Source: a virus (lineage: Duplodnaviria; Caudoviricetes). From it: a stretch of 64,000 bases of DNA. Numbering within the stretch: position 1 is the first letter of the stretch; the number at the start of each line of letters is the position of its first letter. The notes beneath the pieces were generated by a model. The model was not told the DNA's origin. It ran no database searches and was given only the letters and a program-made list of their open reading frames with translations. Location of the stretch: positions 100,522 through 164,521 of the IMG/VR virus record IMGVR_UViG_2639762716_000004; one strand, 5' to 3'. Positions 19,871 to 28,543 of this stretch are shown here, one piece after another. The position numbers and the translations under genes were made by a program.

Positions 19871-21040
19871 TTACATTACCATTATCTCTAAAATTCCTTT
19901 GTCTACACCCAATTTCTCCAACTCTATTAAAGGCAGTCTACAAGAGAATTTATCACCACTCATTTTAAAATACTTAACTGATTTTAAGAAATAATCTTTA
20001 GAATTTTCAATAAGTCCTTTGTAATAATAATGCAATCCCAATTCATTAGCGTCTTGCTCTACAACCTCTAATTCAGAAAGCATTTTTTTGGCCTGTCCAA
20101 TATGCCCTTTTCTGATAAGATAATGAACAATCTCTTGTCTATCTATAATTTCCTTGGAGTCTACATTTAAATATTTATTTTCTTTATTCCATAAGTTCTC
20201 TAAAAAACAAAGGTTCCTAATAGCAAATCGTTCATTAAAGGTATCCCCTTTTACAACAGCTAACCCTTTTAGAAAACTACTTTTAGATTTCACATAATCA
20301 GTCATCATTAAAGAACTCCCATAGGTAAGAAGCGAGAAAAAATTTATTCTTTTTACATTTGAGTTTTCTATTCCATATTTGGCATACTCCCGTGCTTTTT
20401 CAAGCTCATTAGTTCCAAAAAAACAGTTAGCTAACAACAGCATATATCTACTTTTAAATGAATAATAAACATAATTCTGGTTCCTAATGATGTCTAAGAC
20501 TACGTTCTCACTCATATCTCTAAGTCTGGTAAACTGCCTTGATGCAAGTATGGAATACATAGGAATCAACCTTGAAAAGACCTTCATTTCAGGTGATTTG
20601 GGATTAATTTCTCCTAGAATCCTTATACACTCTTCAATGCTTATCTTTCCGTTATCAAGCTCTCTTTGAAGGGAGTATACCTTTCCCCATTCCTTACTGA
20701 TTGTATTATTAGCAGCTCTTAAGTTCTCGATATGAGTATCTAAAGCATCGTATAACTGATTTACACTTAAATATTCTAAACCTTGTCTTGCTGCAGACTT
20801 ATTAGGATCTAAAGTCAATATGTATTCACTCATTAATTCAAATTCATTATCAGGGGAGACCCTTTGAACAACATCTATTAAGCCTTGGATGTTATCCATT
20901 TCTTTTTTATCGTTAAAAATAAACTGATGAAACCCAGATGAATTAGAATATCCAGCTACTCTAGCGAGTTCTTTTTCGAGTCCTCGCTCTTCTTCGCATT
21001 TGTTCTTTAATAACCTTTTCAACTCCAATTCTTTCACCAC
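19871..21040 (-). CDS. aimR: Arbitrium receptor AimR (HTH + TPR)
   Basis: LARVAGYSNSSGFHQF HTH, ARQGLEY, NLCFLENLW, YFKMSGDKF; probable GTG start at 21040 with RBS AAGGGG. Confidence 0.93.
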   Translation of the reverse strand: MVKELELKRLLKNKCEEERGLEKELARVAGYSNSSGFHQFIFNDKKEMDNIQGLIDVVQRVSPDNEFELMSEYILTLDPNKSAARQGLEYLSVNQLYDALDTHIENLRAANNTISKEWGKVYSLQRELDNGKISIEECIRILGEINPKSPEMKVFSRLIPMYSILASRQFTRLRDMSENVVLDIIRNQNYVYYSFKSRYMLLLANCFFGTNELEKAREYAKYGIENSNVKRINFFSLLTYGSSLMMTDYVKSKSSFLKGLAVVKGDTFNERFAIRNLCFLENLWNKENKYLNVDSKEIIDRQEIVHYLIRKGHIGQAKKMLSELEVVEQDANELGLHYYYKGLIENSKDYFLKSVKYFKMSGDKFSCRLPLIELEKLGVDKGILEIMVM

Positions 21041-21172
21041 GTTTCCCCTTTTAATATACATTAATAATATCATGGCGCCCACTTTTGGTCAATTATTATT
21101 TTTAATTTGTTTATAATTTTTAAATGCACAGAAGATCACTCTCCCCTGCGCATCACAGGTTATATAATATCT

Positions 21173-21400
21173 TCAATTTTCTTTTTTCATTAAGATATTT
21201 AAGTGCTCTCTAAGAAACTTTTCGAACTCTTCATCATTATTAAGGTCATTGAGATCCGTTTCTTTCTTTAATATAATTTGCTGACTGTTATACTCACTTT
21301 TCAAAGTCTCAATAAGCTGCAGAAAGCTTTTGTCGTGCTGTCGCTCCCAGATTTGAGTAATCAACCCTGCTATTCTGTTAATTCGCTCACCGTCTCTCAT
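21173..21400 (-). CDS. Small protein, DUF1040/YihD-like pattern
   Basis: MRDGERINRI...QIWERQHDKSFLQLI; RBS GGAGG. Confidence 0.55.
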   Translation of the reverse strand: MRDGERINRIAGLITQIWERQHDKSFLQLIETLKSEYNSQQIILKKETDLNDLNNDEEFEKFLREHLNILMKKEN

Positions 21401-21443
21401 GAAACACCTCCAAATGACTTTAAAACAATTATTTTATTAAAAG

Positions 21444-22103
21444 TTACCATTGTACTGCCTCTTCAATATTTAAACCAAATACACATAAGAAAAGATCAAA
21501 TAGATATTGGCATTCCTTTTCACCACCACAATGCTCGGGTGATAATGCAACAGTAATCATATCCCAATCCCACATATATTTCTTTATGTTTTCTAATTGT
21601 GTCTTTATAGCATTTTGGGGCAATAAAACCGCATTGGAATTATAATCCATGTAGTTTTTATTAAAATAATCTAAATCAAGGTCAAGGATCATACTTGTCC
21701 CCTCTGTTTCTTTATACCACTTGTCTCTTAATATTTGTTGATAGTGATTAAGGGTGTATGCTCTCTGAAAATTAATGCTTTGCTCTACGTCTACTTCATC
21801 ATCACTAATCGCAAAACAACGTTCTATGGTACCCTTTCTTTGTGCAGGAATTATAAATTCTGCAATATCTAAATTCCTTGCAATTTCAATCGCTTTTTCT
21901 TCATTATCTATCCCTGTAATATCAATAGGATTGTCACAATAATCAAGATGTGCATCTATATGAATTAGGGACGCACCAGGTTTAATATATCCTCTTAGCC
22001 TTCCTATCTCCCATGCTGCAAACGCAAAGTTATGATCTCTTGAAACAAATATTTTCTTGTCTGGAAAATAAATACGATATTCTCTGGGGAACAATTCTTT
22101 CAA
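21444..22103 (-). CDS. UPF0489-family (arginase/deacetylase-fold) protein
   Basis: DHN, LIHIDAHLD, ILDLDLDYF, ITVALSP motifs. Confidence 0.8.
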   Translation of the reverse strand: MKELFPREYRIYFPDKKIFVSRDHNFAFAAWEIGRLRGYIKPGASLIHIDAHLDYCDNPIDITGIDNEEKAIEIARNLDIAEFIIPAQRKGTIERCFAISDDEVDVEQSINFQRAYTLNHYQQILRDKWYKETEGTSMILDLDLDYFNKNYMDYNSNAVLLPQNAIKTQLENIKKYMWDWDMITVALSPEHCGGEKECQYLFDLFLCVFGLNIEEAVQW

Positions 22104-22148
22104 AATAAATACCTCGCAACTTTAAAATTGTCAGATGTGCTTCAATTT

Positions 22149-23135
22149 TTACTCAATCATTCCAACATCTCTTAATTCAAGCATTATATCTCTGTACAGT
22201 TCATCAATTTTATCCGTAAATTGTTTTTGTATTACACCTTGAAAGTCCGAAAAAATTTCAATGCTTTTACCTTTTTGCAAAATAAGACTAACATTTCTTC
22301 TGCCTAATCTTGAAACAAACCATCCTAACTCAAATATAACATTAGGCCTTGCTTGCAAGTATTGTTTTCCACTATTTTCAACAACATCATCTGGTGTGAA
22401 TAGTGCAAATGCATAGGAACACTGGTCGGCATAAAATTCAAATTTATCTATTAAGGTCATTCCCCTATCAGGTTGCTCAGACAATATTATAGGGTTCAAT
22501 TTAAAATCTTCTTTGAGTAACTTATATAATTGCCAAAGTCTTGCTTGATCATGACCGTGAATTATAAATACGTTCTTGTTATTTTTAGCTAGTTTAGTAT
22601 CAAGTTCCACTGTACTTTCCTCCATGTATTCCATTTCCTTTCTCACTAAAAATTGATAAATTTGCGATCTAATTGATTCTAAAACACTTTGCAAGTGCTT
22701 CAATAAGATATGTAGCATTTCATCCTCTTCATTTTTTTTACTTTCCAGTGAATTTTTAATGCCTTCGATTCTTTCTTCGATCTCATATAAAGGAATAAAA
22801 GCAACTTTATCTTCATCAATATCGTAATATGAATGACGAGTAATATAATCTTCAATCATGGAATTCCAGTATTTCGTTATTGCTTCTTCATCAATATTTG
22901 GTTTAAGCTTTTTTAGATTCTCTACAAACTCTAATTGAATTCTTTTTCTTTCATATGTATTGTCTAATTTTGCAGTTTCCATCCTAAGCATCGTTAGAGA
23001 GATTGGATCTTTTGACAAAATCGCAATTCTTATAGCCTTATGAAGCACCAAACTCAAACGTACTTTTCCTTCCTCTAAATCTCTGACAGCATCCCTAATT
23101 AAATTTAATATATTCAAAATCAACACCCTTAGCAA
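22149..23135 (-). CDS. TIR-like (CAP12/Pycsar-effector type) domain protein with an AbiTii-like N-terminus
   Basis: NVFIIHGHD, AFALFTPDD, QARPNVIFELGWF; N-terminal LSLVLHKAIRIA. Confidence 0.8.
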   Translation of the reverse strand: MLRVLILNILNLIRDAVRDLEEGKVRLSLVLHKAIRIAILSKDPISLTMLRMETAKLDNTYERKRIQLEFVENLKKLKPNIDEEAITKYWNSMIEDYITRHSYYDIDEDKVAFIPLYEIEERIEGIKNSLESKKNEEDEMLHILLKHLQSVLESIRSQIYQFLVRKEMEYMEESTVELDTKLAKNNKNVFIIHGHDQARLWQLYKLLKEDFKLNPIILSEQPDRGMTLIDKFEFYADQCSYAFALFTPDDVVENSGKQYLQARPNVIFELGWFVSRLGRRNVSLILQKGKSIEIFSDFQGVIQKQFTDKIDELYRDIMLELRDVGMIE

Positions 23136-23236
23136 TAGTAATTAAAACGTTGTTTTTATTCATTTCATTGCATTCAAATATAAGTTAAGGTATTCTTCCT
23201 CTGGAGTTTCCCCCTTACCTTCTAATGAACTTGAAC

Positions 23237-23587
23237 TCAGACGAAATAATTCGTTAAGTTTTTGTTTGATTGAATAGTGACAATAAAATTTTGCGGGTAT
23301 AGTCTATCTAATTCTTTTATAATTTCTAAATCACTTTCTGGGGCATTCAAGTAAAGGGCAATCCATTCAAATTTTGAGAATGTTTTTTCGTAATTTGCCT
23401 TAAACGCAAGTATAAGTTCTTCTGTCGATTGATTGACATCAGCATACCAAATGTTCATCCAGCCTGGGTCAAGAAACTTTCGTTCACCAACTGCATCAAT
23501 AACTAATAAATTTGAATTTAATAATTCCATTCTTATAAATCTCTCTAACCTAATTGACTTTTCTCTTTTCCCCTCTATGACAAGCAT
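23237..23587 (-). CDS. Hypothetical protein
   Basis: 116 aa, RBS GAGGTG. Confidence 0.65.
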   Translation of the reverse strand: MLVIEGKREKSIRLERFIRMELLNSNLLVIDAVGERKFLDPGWMNIWYADVNQSTEELILAFKANYEKTFSKFEWIALYLNAPESDLEIIKELDRLYPQNFIVTIQSNKNLTNYFV

Positions 23588-23645
23588 AAATGCACCTCAA
23601 ATTGATTGTTTTATCTTGATTACCATTATACAACAAAGGAAAGAA

Positions 23646-23738
23646 TTATTGTCCAAAATAAGCAAGAGATAATATAAACGCAGCCAATCCCAAACTCATA
23701 ACACCAATAAAAATTAAACTGTCTTTCCAATTTTCCAT
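23646..23738 (-). CDS. Putative 30-aa single-TM peptide
   Basis: Manual translation MENWKDSLIFIGVMSLGLAAFILSLAYFGQ*. Confidence 0.4.
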   Translation of the reverse strand: MENWKDSLIFIGVMSLGLAAFILSLAYFGQ

Positions 23739-23943
23739 AGTCAACTCAACCATCCCTCATTTATGCTTTTAATTTGTTTTAATTTGATAAAAGTAGCCGC
23801 AATTATTATCCGCGGCTGTTATGTCATTTCTATATTGTTTATTTGTGTTTTTAATTAGTGTATATAGTTTAATTTAAACTGATTTTATTATCCTTACCAT
23901 AAAATAGATCTGTATTTGAGTATCAAGATTTGTTATTCTTATA

Positions 23944-24153
23944 ATGCTGACTTTATTTTATGAAGGTGATTTCGTGGAAGCAAAGTTTGAAACAAAAGGC
24001 TATGATATATCAATTGTCTACGACTACAAAGAGTATCCAGACGTTCATCATGGCCGCTGTGACAATTGTGACAATACCTTGTTTAAAAGCTCGGTGAAGG
24101 ACGGTATATTCCTACGCGAATGTCGCCGCTGCGGGATGAAGAAGAGTATTTGA
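23944..24153 (+). CDS. Small zinc-ribbon protein (start probably GTG ~23974)
   Basis: CDNC...CRRC; lone plus-strand gene in the region. Confidence 0.65.
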   Translation: MLTLFYEGDFVEAKFETKGYDISIVYDYKEYPDVHHGRCDNCDNTLFKSSVKDGIFLRECRRCGMKKSI

Positions 24154-24204
24154 CCGCTCTTCTTCCGCTGCTCTGTTATGTTAAAATGCTTCTTTTATTT
24201 AAAG

Positions 24205-24426
24205 TTACTTAACGGGAAACATGTAGCTAACATAAACGTCAATATCCCCATTCTTAAATACTGCAACTTTATCAACATCAGGCTCAATTTTGTTTATAAT
24301 CTCTTTAGCATCCTTATTTTTCTTCGGTGTATTTGCAGTAACAATCCAATTCCAGTAATTCCATTCAGAAATACATGCCTTGATCTCTTCAGGGATTCTA
24401 TGTCCGACTGTATAAGCCTTAATCAT
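24205..24426 (-). CDS. Hypothetical protein
   Basis: 73 aa, coupled to the DUF262 gene. Confidence 0.55.
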   Translation of the reverse strand: MIKAYTVGHRIPEEIKACISEWNYWNWIVTANTPKKNKDAKEIINKIEPDVDKVAVFKNGDIDVYVSYMFPVK

Positions 24427-24935
24427 CCTGCAGCCTCCAATTCGTTCAACATATTCTTAACCCTTGCAATCTCTTCTTCTGATTGAACAGTACCGCCTGT
24501 GTTCAATTCAATATACCACTTAAGAACATCTTTCTTTGTAGGAAGATCGTTTATAACAAACTCTAATGCAATCAAATTACTCAAACTATCTTCGTATTCA
24601 CTTAAAAAGTGCCCAAATACAGGGATTTCATTATTGAGGAATCTTAAACATGACGTTATTCTTTGTAAACCATCAACACATACAAATTCACCTTCGGGCT
24701 TTTTCATCCAACCTTTTTGATTCAGATAGACTGGAGTTGTTTTTCCTCCCCTCAACAAATGTTCAACGAATTTAACTTGCTGCTCTTCAGTCCATACATG
24801 ACCGCGCTGAAAGTCTGGGTTAAGCTGCAACCCTTCTTCAATATACGTTTCTATGGTGCTTTTTAGATATTTTAAAGGATGGTGTACTCTATAGTTGCCA
24901 TCTTTCGTATAAGGTTTGATATCCGAAAATTTCAT
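24423..24935 (-). CDS. Stand-alone DUF262 (GmrSD N-terminal/ParB-like) protein
   Basis: LNPDFQRGHVW...VDGLQRITS motifs. Confidence 0.85.
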   Translation of the reverse strand: MKFSDIKPYTKDGNYRVHHPLKYLKSTIETYIEEGLQLNPDFQRGHVWTEEQQVKFVEHLLRGGKTTPVYLNQKGWMKKPEGEFVCVDGLQRITSCLRFLNNEIPVFGHFLSEYEDSLSNLIALEFVINDLPTKKDVLKWYIELNTGGTVQSEEEIARVKNMLNELEAAG

Positions 24936-24979
24936 AAGTGCTCCCCTCTCTATGTATTAAATCAAATGAAAGACTGGTT

Positions 24980-25444
24980 TTAATCAAAAAATTCATCATC
25001 AATAAAATCATTTTCTCTTGCAAGTTTTCTCGGAGATTTATTGAATAAAAGTTGTTTTAATTTTTCAAACGCTGTAAGCTTTTTGTTTTTGTCTTGACAG
25101 ATATGGCATACATAATCGCCGTTATCTGAAAGGTATACTAGTAGTTTAGTTACTCCTGATCTTTTACAAATACACATTCTATGCTGGCCATCACTAAAGG
25201 AAATATGCCCACAAGCATTTATGCTTGCAAATATCCCAGAGTGTTTTTTATGCATATCAGGTTTTATATAGTGTGCTGCCAATCTTCTACACCGAAGTGC
25301 ATATTCGTATTCTTTTCCTTCTAAAGATTTAAATTCCTCATCACTAAGATCCAAAGAACATCTACCTGTACGAACTTTATAACAGTCTCTTTCACTTAAT
25401 CTAAAATAAAATGAATGTTTCGTTGGATTTATAAGCTGATCCAA
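24980..25444 (-). CDS. ParB/Srx-like domain protein
   Basis: FSDGQHR motif, Cys-rich. Confidence 0.55.
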   Translation of the reverse strand: MDQLINPTKHSFYFRLSERDCYKVRTGRCSLDLSDEEFKSLEGKEYEYALRCRRLAAHYIKPDMHKKHSGIFASINACGHISFSDGQHRMCICKRSGVTKLLVYLSDNGDYVCHICQDKNKKLTAFEKLKQLLFNKSPRKLARENDFIDDEFFD

Positions 25445-25482
25445 GGATATCCCCCCTTTTTGTCATAAAAGTATGATTTCAT

Positions 25483-25800
25483 TCAGATATTCGGCAGCTC
25501 TTCAACGAACTTAACAAATTCATCTACGCTATCAAAAATATGATATTTTTCTAAACCATTAGCAAAGCACCATTGAGGAGTTTCAAAATCATCTCGAATC
25601 TCAACAACGAATTCAATACCTGTACAATCGAAGTCCTCTTCCTCTTCTAACGGTTCATAAAACTTGTCAATGAACCCTTTTACAATCCCAGGATCACTAT
25701 ATGTAACTGTATAAAATGTAAGTCCTTGATCTTCATATGTCTTTAAAGCAAATCCTTTACGTTTCAATAAATTCAATACATCTTCTCTTGATTTCACCAT
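25483..25800 (-). CDS. Hypothetical acidic protein
   Basis: 105 aa, own sigmaA promoter at 25850-25878. Confidence 0.7.
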   Translation of the reverse strand: MVKSREDVLNLLKRKGFALKTYEDQGLTFYTVTYSDPGIVKGFIDKFYEPLEEEEDFDCTGIEFVVEIRDDFETPQWCFANGLEKYHIFDSVDEFVKFVEELPNI

Positions 25801-25849
25801 ATTTCATCCCCCTTTAAATTATTTTTAATTCGTTTAACCTCATAACTCA

Positions 25850-25878
25850 ATTATATCACGGCTATTTAAAATAGTCAA
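25850..25878 (-). promoter_or_regulatory. sigmaA promoter with GACTAT-N5-ATAGTC-type operator (one of 6)
   Basis: TTGACT-17-TATAAT; same layout at 26120, 28448, 30457, 33331 and 34255. Confidence 0.8.
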
Positions 25879-25893
25879 TAATAAAATAGAAAT

Positions 25894-26109
25894 TTATTCA
25901 TCTTTTTCAAATTTTATTAAATCTCCTGGTTCACAGTTGAAATGCTTACAAAGCTTATCAAGCAATTCCCGTGGGTATCGTTCCATGTCATCGTTGTACA
26001 TTTTTCTAACGGTTTCTTTCCCATGATTTATTTCGGCACTTAATCGAGAAATTGAAATACCTGCCTCATCTGCAATAGCCTTCAAATTTGATCTAATCAT
26101 TTTTCTCAC
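25894..26109 (-). CDS. XRE/Cro-family HTH regulator (YopB-like)
   Basis: [22 protein letters not shown]...[16 protein letters not shown]. Confidence 0.88.
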   Translation of the reverse strand: MRKMIRSNLKAIADEAGISISRLSAEINHGKETVRKMYNDDMERYPRELLDKLCKHFNCEPGDLIKFEKDE

Positions 26110-26398
26110 CTCTTATACAACTTTACTTTGACTATTTAAAAAAGTCAATCAAAATTTTCCTATTTAAGAAAATGCCCGCGATTTTTCAAGTTGGCTGTTA
26201 TATCGTTTCCGCAAAAATTGCCCGCAACTTTTTACCGCTGCTGTTATACTGTTTTAATTTTTTTAGTGAGCTATGTGGCATCTTAAAAAATCCATTTGTG
26301 TATCAAAATTTTGCCCGCAATAAAGGATAAGAGCTGTTATACGCTTTATAAAGGGTATCCCTTTTTAGTTGCTTTAAACTCTTTTTAAAATGGTGTTT

Positions 26399-26692
26399 TT
26401 ATTCAATTCTGCCACCTTTCTTTTTTGCTTTTCTTAGAACAACACGATCACCATTTTCGTCAATAATAGTACGGCCGTGTAAATGTGGTTCAAGATCAAC
26501 CTTATAAACGATTTTCGTTTTTTGTTTGTTAACTTTTTTAGCTTTATCAGCAGACACTTTTATCCTTTCACTAACCTGCTTAAATTGTTCTTTCGCCTCT
26601 GGGGTCTCTAAAGCTCCAAAGAACTCATCAGCAAACTCATCTCCCAAAGACTCCGTCAACCGTTTCTTAAATTCTTCTTTATCCTTATCCAA
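26399..26692 (-). CDS. Hypothetical protein
   Basis: 97 aa, RBS GGGAGGG. Confidence 0.65.
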   Translation of the reverse strand: MDKDKEEFKKRLTESLGDEFADEFFGALETPEAKEQFKQVSERIKVSADKAKKVNKQKTKIVYKVDLEPHLHGRTIIDENGDRVVLRKAKKKGGRIE

Positions 26693-27170
26693 ACTTTAAA
26701 CCCTCCCACTCTTTTTGTTGCTTAAATATTAACATCTTTAACGGCATCATTCATTAATTATATTACACTTTATAAGCAGTTTTAATGGTAGCAAGGCAAC
26801 TCGCCATACCATTCAAGATAATCGTTAATAATGCCGCCGAATCCCTCTTTATATTCAATATATCCCTCAGTAAGTTCATCAAGCACTTGCTCCTGCGTCC
26901 CCCATTCTTTGGTCATGTCACAGGATTCTGGGGTAAGTAAGTATGATTTGTTCTGTCGTTTCGTGGAATAGGGTGTTATGTAAGTTCATTTTAAGCCGCT
27001 CCTTTAAGTTCGATTTGTTTATGCATAAAAGACAGCAAGTTCTTTTGTTGTTATACAACCGTTAGGACACTTCACAGTTTTAGGATATTCCTTTCCTAAC
27101 TCTTTCAGCATTTTCTTTTTACACTTTGGACATATCCTATAAGTCATTTCAGCATATTCTTTTTCTGTCT

Positions 27171-27407
27171 TCATATTTGGCTCTCCCTTTCTGCTTTCAT
27201 TTGCTCTATCCAACAGAAAACCTTGTCCCCTACTTCTGTATCATTCCATCCCCATTGTTCAGCAAGGAATTTAATTTCTGCGGGCAAAGTCTTAGCAATA
27301 ATTTTTAATTCCATTTTATTTGGAACTCTTCCATAAACACTTACAAAACAATCATGTATATGATCAAGCAATTTTACTGAACCCCTTTTTATTTGTTTAA
27401 AACTCAT
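27171..27407 (-). CDS. Hypothetical protein
   Basis: LAEQWGWNDTEV motif; start probably at an internal GTG. Confidence 0.6.
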   Translation of the reverse strand: MSFKQIKRGSVKLLDHIHDCFVSVYGRVPNKMELKIIAKTLPAEIKFLAEQWGWNDTEVGDKVFCWIEQMKAERESQI

Positions 27408-27415
27408 GTTTTATT

Positions 27416-27715
27416 TCAACCAAGTTTATTTATTTTCTTGAGCTCGGCCGCCAACTCTCTAAAGTTCCTAAACCACGCTCCGTATTTAGTATCACCGTTG
27501 CCACAATAAACGTTTACGCAAGTTTCCTCTCCCTCTGAATAGTAACCTTCCCCATCAACAAATACAAAATATTTAATGTACATTGATTTTAGAAAGATAT
27601 ATGTCAATTTCTGATTTCTATTTCTTCTACTTCTTACAGCTTCGATAATCATATTTTCTTGTTCTAACTCTTCTTTTAATTTGAGATAATCCAGTGTACA
27701 TTTATTTGTTTTCAT
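27416..27715 (-). CDS. Hypothetical protein
   Basis: 99 aa, bounded by sites at 27397 and 27735. Confidence 0.65.
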   Translation of the reverse strand: MKTNKCTLDYLKLKEELEQENMIIEAVRSRRNRNQKLTYIFLKSMYIKYFVFVDGEGYYSEGEETCVNVYCGNGDTKYGAWFRNFRELAAELKKINKLG

Positions 27716-27748
27716 TTTGCTCTCTCCATTCAGTTTAAAATTGTTGTT

Positions 27749-28018
27749 TTATGCAATCTGAATCACATGTGAAATGCAATCAAGTCCTTCAAACTCTATA
27801 ACGGTCATAACTGTTTCAGTGTAATAAATGCCCTTAACCAGTTCATGGATTTCAATACCTCTAGATGACAAATAATCTAAGGCATTACCACTTCTATTGT
27901 TCAATGAAAATACAATTCCGTTTGCACATTCGAACCGTTTTGGATTTGTTGAAATCTTACCTCTCAAAATTTCCTCAATGGTTTTTAAATCTAAATGTCT
28001 CATGTTTAACCGCTCCAT
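27749..28018 (-). CDS. Hypothetical protein
   Basis: 89 aa. Confidence 0.55.
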   Translation of the reverse strand: MERLNMRHLDLKTIEEILRGKISTNPKRFECANGIVFSLNNRSGNALDYLSSRGIEIHELVKGIYYTETVMTVIEFEGLDCISHVIQIA

Positions 28019-28024
28019 TCTTTT

Positions 28025-28375
28025 TCAATTAACATATGTTTCAAATTCATCTGCTAAGCTAGCATTAAAAAATCTTACACCGTCAATAAAATAGTGCACT
28101 CTATTTTCAAACTCTTTTACGTCCCCTAAATCACTTCTTTCTTTAGCTAAGTTTAGCCAATTTAATTCCTCATTGAATTGCTTTCTTATTTCATCATCGG
28201 ATAGAATGACATCTCGTTCATAATCTCTAACGGGCTGGTTAGTTTCATCGTTTTTAACTCCAAACGCTTGTCTAATTATTGCGATTTGTATCATTACCCT
28301 CAAACTCTGCTCTCTTGTTCGTAAAACTTGCGTATCTAAATCAATTACTTTTTTCATTAACTTTTTATTTCTCAT
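28025..28375 (-). CDS. Hypothetical protein
   Basis: 116 aa, RBS GGGAAG, own operator-promoter at 28448-28476. Confidence 0.7.
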   Translation of the reverse strand: MRNKKLMKKVIDLDTQVLRTREQSLRVMIQIAIIRQAFGVKNDETNQPVRDYERDVILSDDEIRKQFNEELNWLNLAKERSDLGDVKEFENRVHYFIDGVRFFNASLADEFETYVN

Positions 28376-28543
28376 TTTCTTCCCCTATTTGTTTTTTCTT
28401 TTAATTTGTTTATAGTGTTTTTTAATAACGCTTTCTCTTATGATTTTATTATACTACGGCTATTTTAAATAGTCAATACTTATTTTTAATTTGTTTATGA
28501 TATTTTTGTATTGGATTGATTTATTAAATAGGTCGCGTATTTC

